DNA of 56,420 nucleotides from a virus (Duplodnaviria; Caudoviricetes): IMG/VR virus record IMGVR_UViG_3300032218_003378, positions 1 to 56,420 of that record; one strand, 5' to 3'. Shown piece by piece: positions 55,624 to 56,420 of this stretch (position 1 is its first letter; each line of letters starts with the position of its first letter). The notes under the pieces were generated by a model. It saw only the letters and a program-made list of their open reading frames with translations, ran no database searches and was not told where the DNA came from. The position numbers and the translations under genes were made by a program.

Positions 55624-55795
55624 TGAAAATTTAGATGAATTTCAAATTTGGTTTGATAATGGTGTAGAGCGTGGATGGATCACAGATGTTTTTTGTGCAA
55701 CACACGATGGTGTTCCTTCATTAACCGAAGAAGAAGAAAAAGAATGGGAAGATGGTGGAGACCCATGTCAGTTCTGCGTTAGGATTATGGAATAA
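55613..55795 (+). CDS. Hypothetical protein (C..HDG...DPC motif)
   Basis: GGGAG RBS; 60 aa. Confidence 0.65.
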   Translation: MVTDENLDEFQIWFDNGVERGWITDVFCATHDGVPSLTEEEEKEWEDGGDPCQFCVRIME

Positions 55796-56118
55796 TGGAA
55801 AAACCAACAATTGAATTAATTAGCGAACTTACTGAGTTCAACGATATGAAAGAGTTTATGAATGATAAAGACCTTGATTATGCCCTTGACTTAATTATTA
55901 AGTTAATTGCAAAACCTGACGTTCCATCATCTAAAGCTCCAGATCTTATTATTAAAATGCAAGCACTTGCAGCAAAATTTGCAATCATGTCAAGATACTA
56001 CACTACCTTTGAAAAAGGTGGGGAGAATGCAAAAAAGAAGAACGTATATTACACAGCAGAAGAAGCAATTAATAGACTAGTAGATGCTCTTAAGTATTCT
56101 GCAAGATATGGAGCATAA
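55795..56118 (+). CDS. Hypothetical helical protein
   Basis: 107 aa, TAATG-coupled on both sides. Confidence 0.7.
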   Translation: MEKPTIELISELTEFNDMKEFMNDKDLDYALDLIIKLIAKPDVPSSKAPDLIIKMQALAAKFAIMSRYYTTFEKGGENAKKKNVYYTAEEAINRLVDALKYSARYGA

Positions 56119-56420
56119 TGGCTAGAGATATAATAGCAAACCTTAAATTTCAAAAAATATCAAACCCAGAAGGTTTTGATCCAATAAAGTTTGCTGAGAT
56201 GTATGAAGAAGCAGTTTTGAAAGGAAAGAGACCAAATGAATTTACACAAAAGAAAACTTTTAGTCCTAGCGGTGTTGGTTATGGTAACGGTAACTGTCCT
56301 AGATATTGGTTCATTGCTTTTACTGGTGCTGAATTTGAAAATGAAACCGATGCTATGGGCGTCGTTAATATGGATAATGGTACGTATGTTCATGATCGCA
56401 TACAGAAAGTTATGGCTAAA
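56118..56420 (+). CDS. Cas4-like/PD-(D/E)XK exonuclease, N-terminal part (runs off window)
   Basis: Open frame MARDIIANLKF...FSPS.VG....CPRYW...G...NGT..HDRIQ; absent from ORF track because it has no stop in the window. Confidence 0.75.
   Translation, partial: MARDIIANLKFQKISNPEGFDPIKFAEMYEEAVLKGKRPNEFTQKKTFSPSGVGYGNGNCPRYWFIAFTGAEFENETDAMGVVNMDNGTYVHDRIQKVMAK

Noticed and set aside
1525-56393. All other minus-strand ORFs and short nested alternative-frame + ORFs in the track
   Set aside because: They overlap well-supported + strand genes, lack RBSs and recognisable motifs, and look like codon-bias shadows
56118-56420. Cas4-like gene as evidence of a CRISPR-Cas system
   Set aside because: No array or other cas genes in the window; solo Cas4-like nucleases are common in phage recombination modules
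1-56420. Stop-codon reassignment (alternative genetic code)
   Set aside because: The standard code gives near-complete coding density, and TAA, TAG and TGA all end genes at sensible boundaries
1-56420. tRNA, rRNA, integrase/att sites, transposons
   Set aside because: Intergenic gaps are short, and no cloverleaf, recombinase or transposase motifs were recognised by eye

Overview
A gene-dense, AT-rich segment of a large tailed dsDNA phage, apparently a long-tailed siphovirus. Every credible gene is on the + strand. An actinobacterial host is inferred, not shown, from AGAAAGG-type ribosome-binding sites, leaderless-style TATAAT-N5-10-ATG starts and the overall gene content. Gene order: three fibre/lectin-like virion genes (1-8 kb); portal, prohead protease with nested scaffold, major capsid, head-tail joining genes, major tail protein, tail assembly chaperone with a -1 frameshift, and a 2552-aa tape measure protein (8-25 kb); tail tip and fibre genes, including Pro-Thr-repeat/Cys-rich proteins and a GT60-type glycosyltransferase (25-44 kb); then HNH, metallophosphoesterase, holin-like and HTH genes, DnaB, primase, gp32-like SSB, DnaE, RecA, a resolvase-like gene and a truncated Cas4-like nuclease (44-56 kb). 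No terminase, endolysin, tRNA or CRISPR array was seen. Main observations: (1) the tape measure protein carries an R-S-E-type ADP-ribosyltransferase-like domain between repeated [F/Y/H]-x-x-G-G-like boundary motifs, suggesting an injected, possibly polymorphic effector; (2) a GT60 O-GlcNAc-transferase-like domain fused to a fibre-assembly-like domain sits beside mucin-like (PT)n/Cys-rich virion proteins, suggesting phage-encoded mucin-type virion glycosylation; (3) carbohydrate-binding modules appear nested three levels deep in a 1923-aa virion protein. All functional calls come from motif recognition by eye; no database searches were run.
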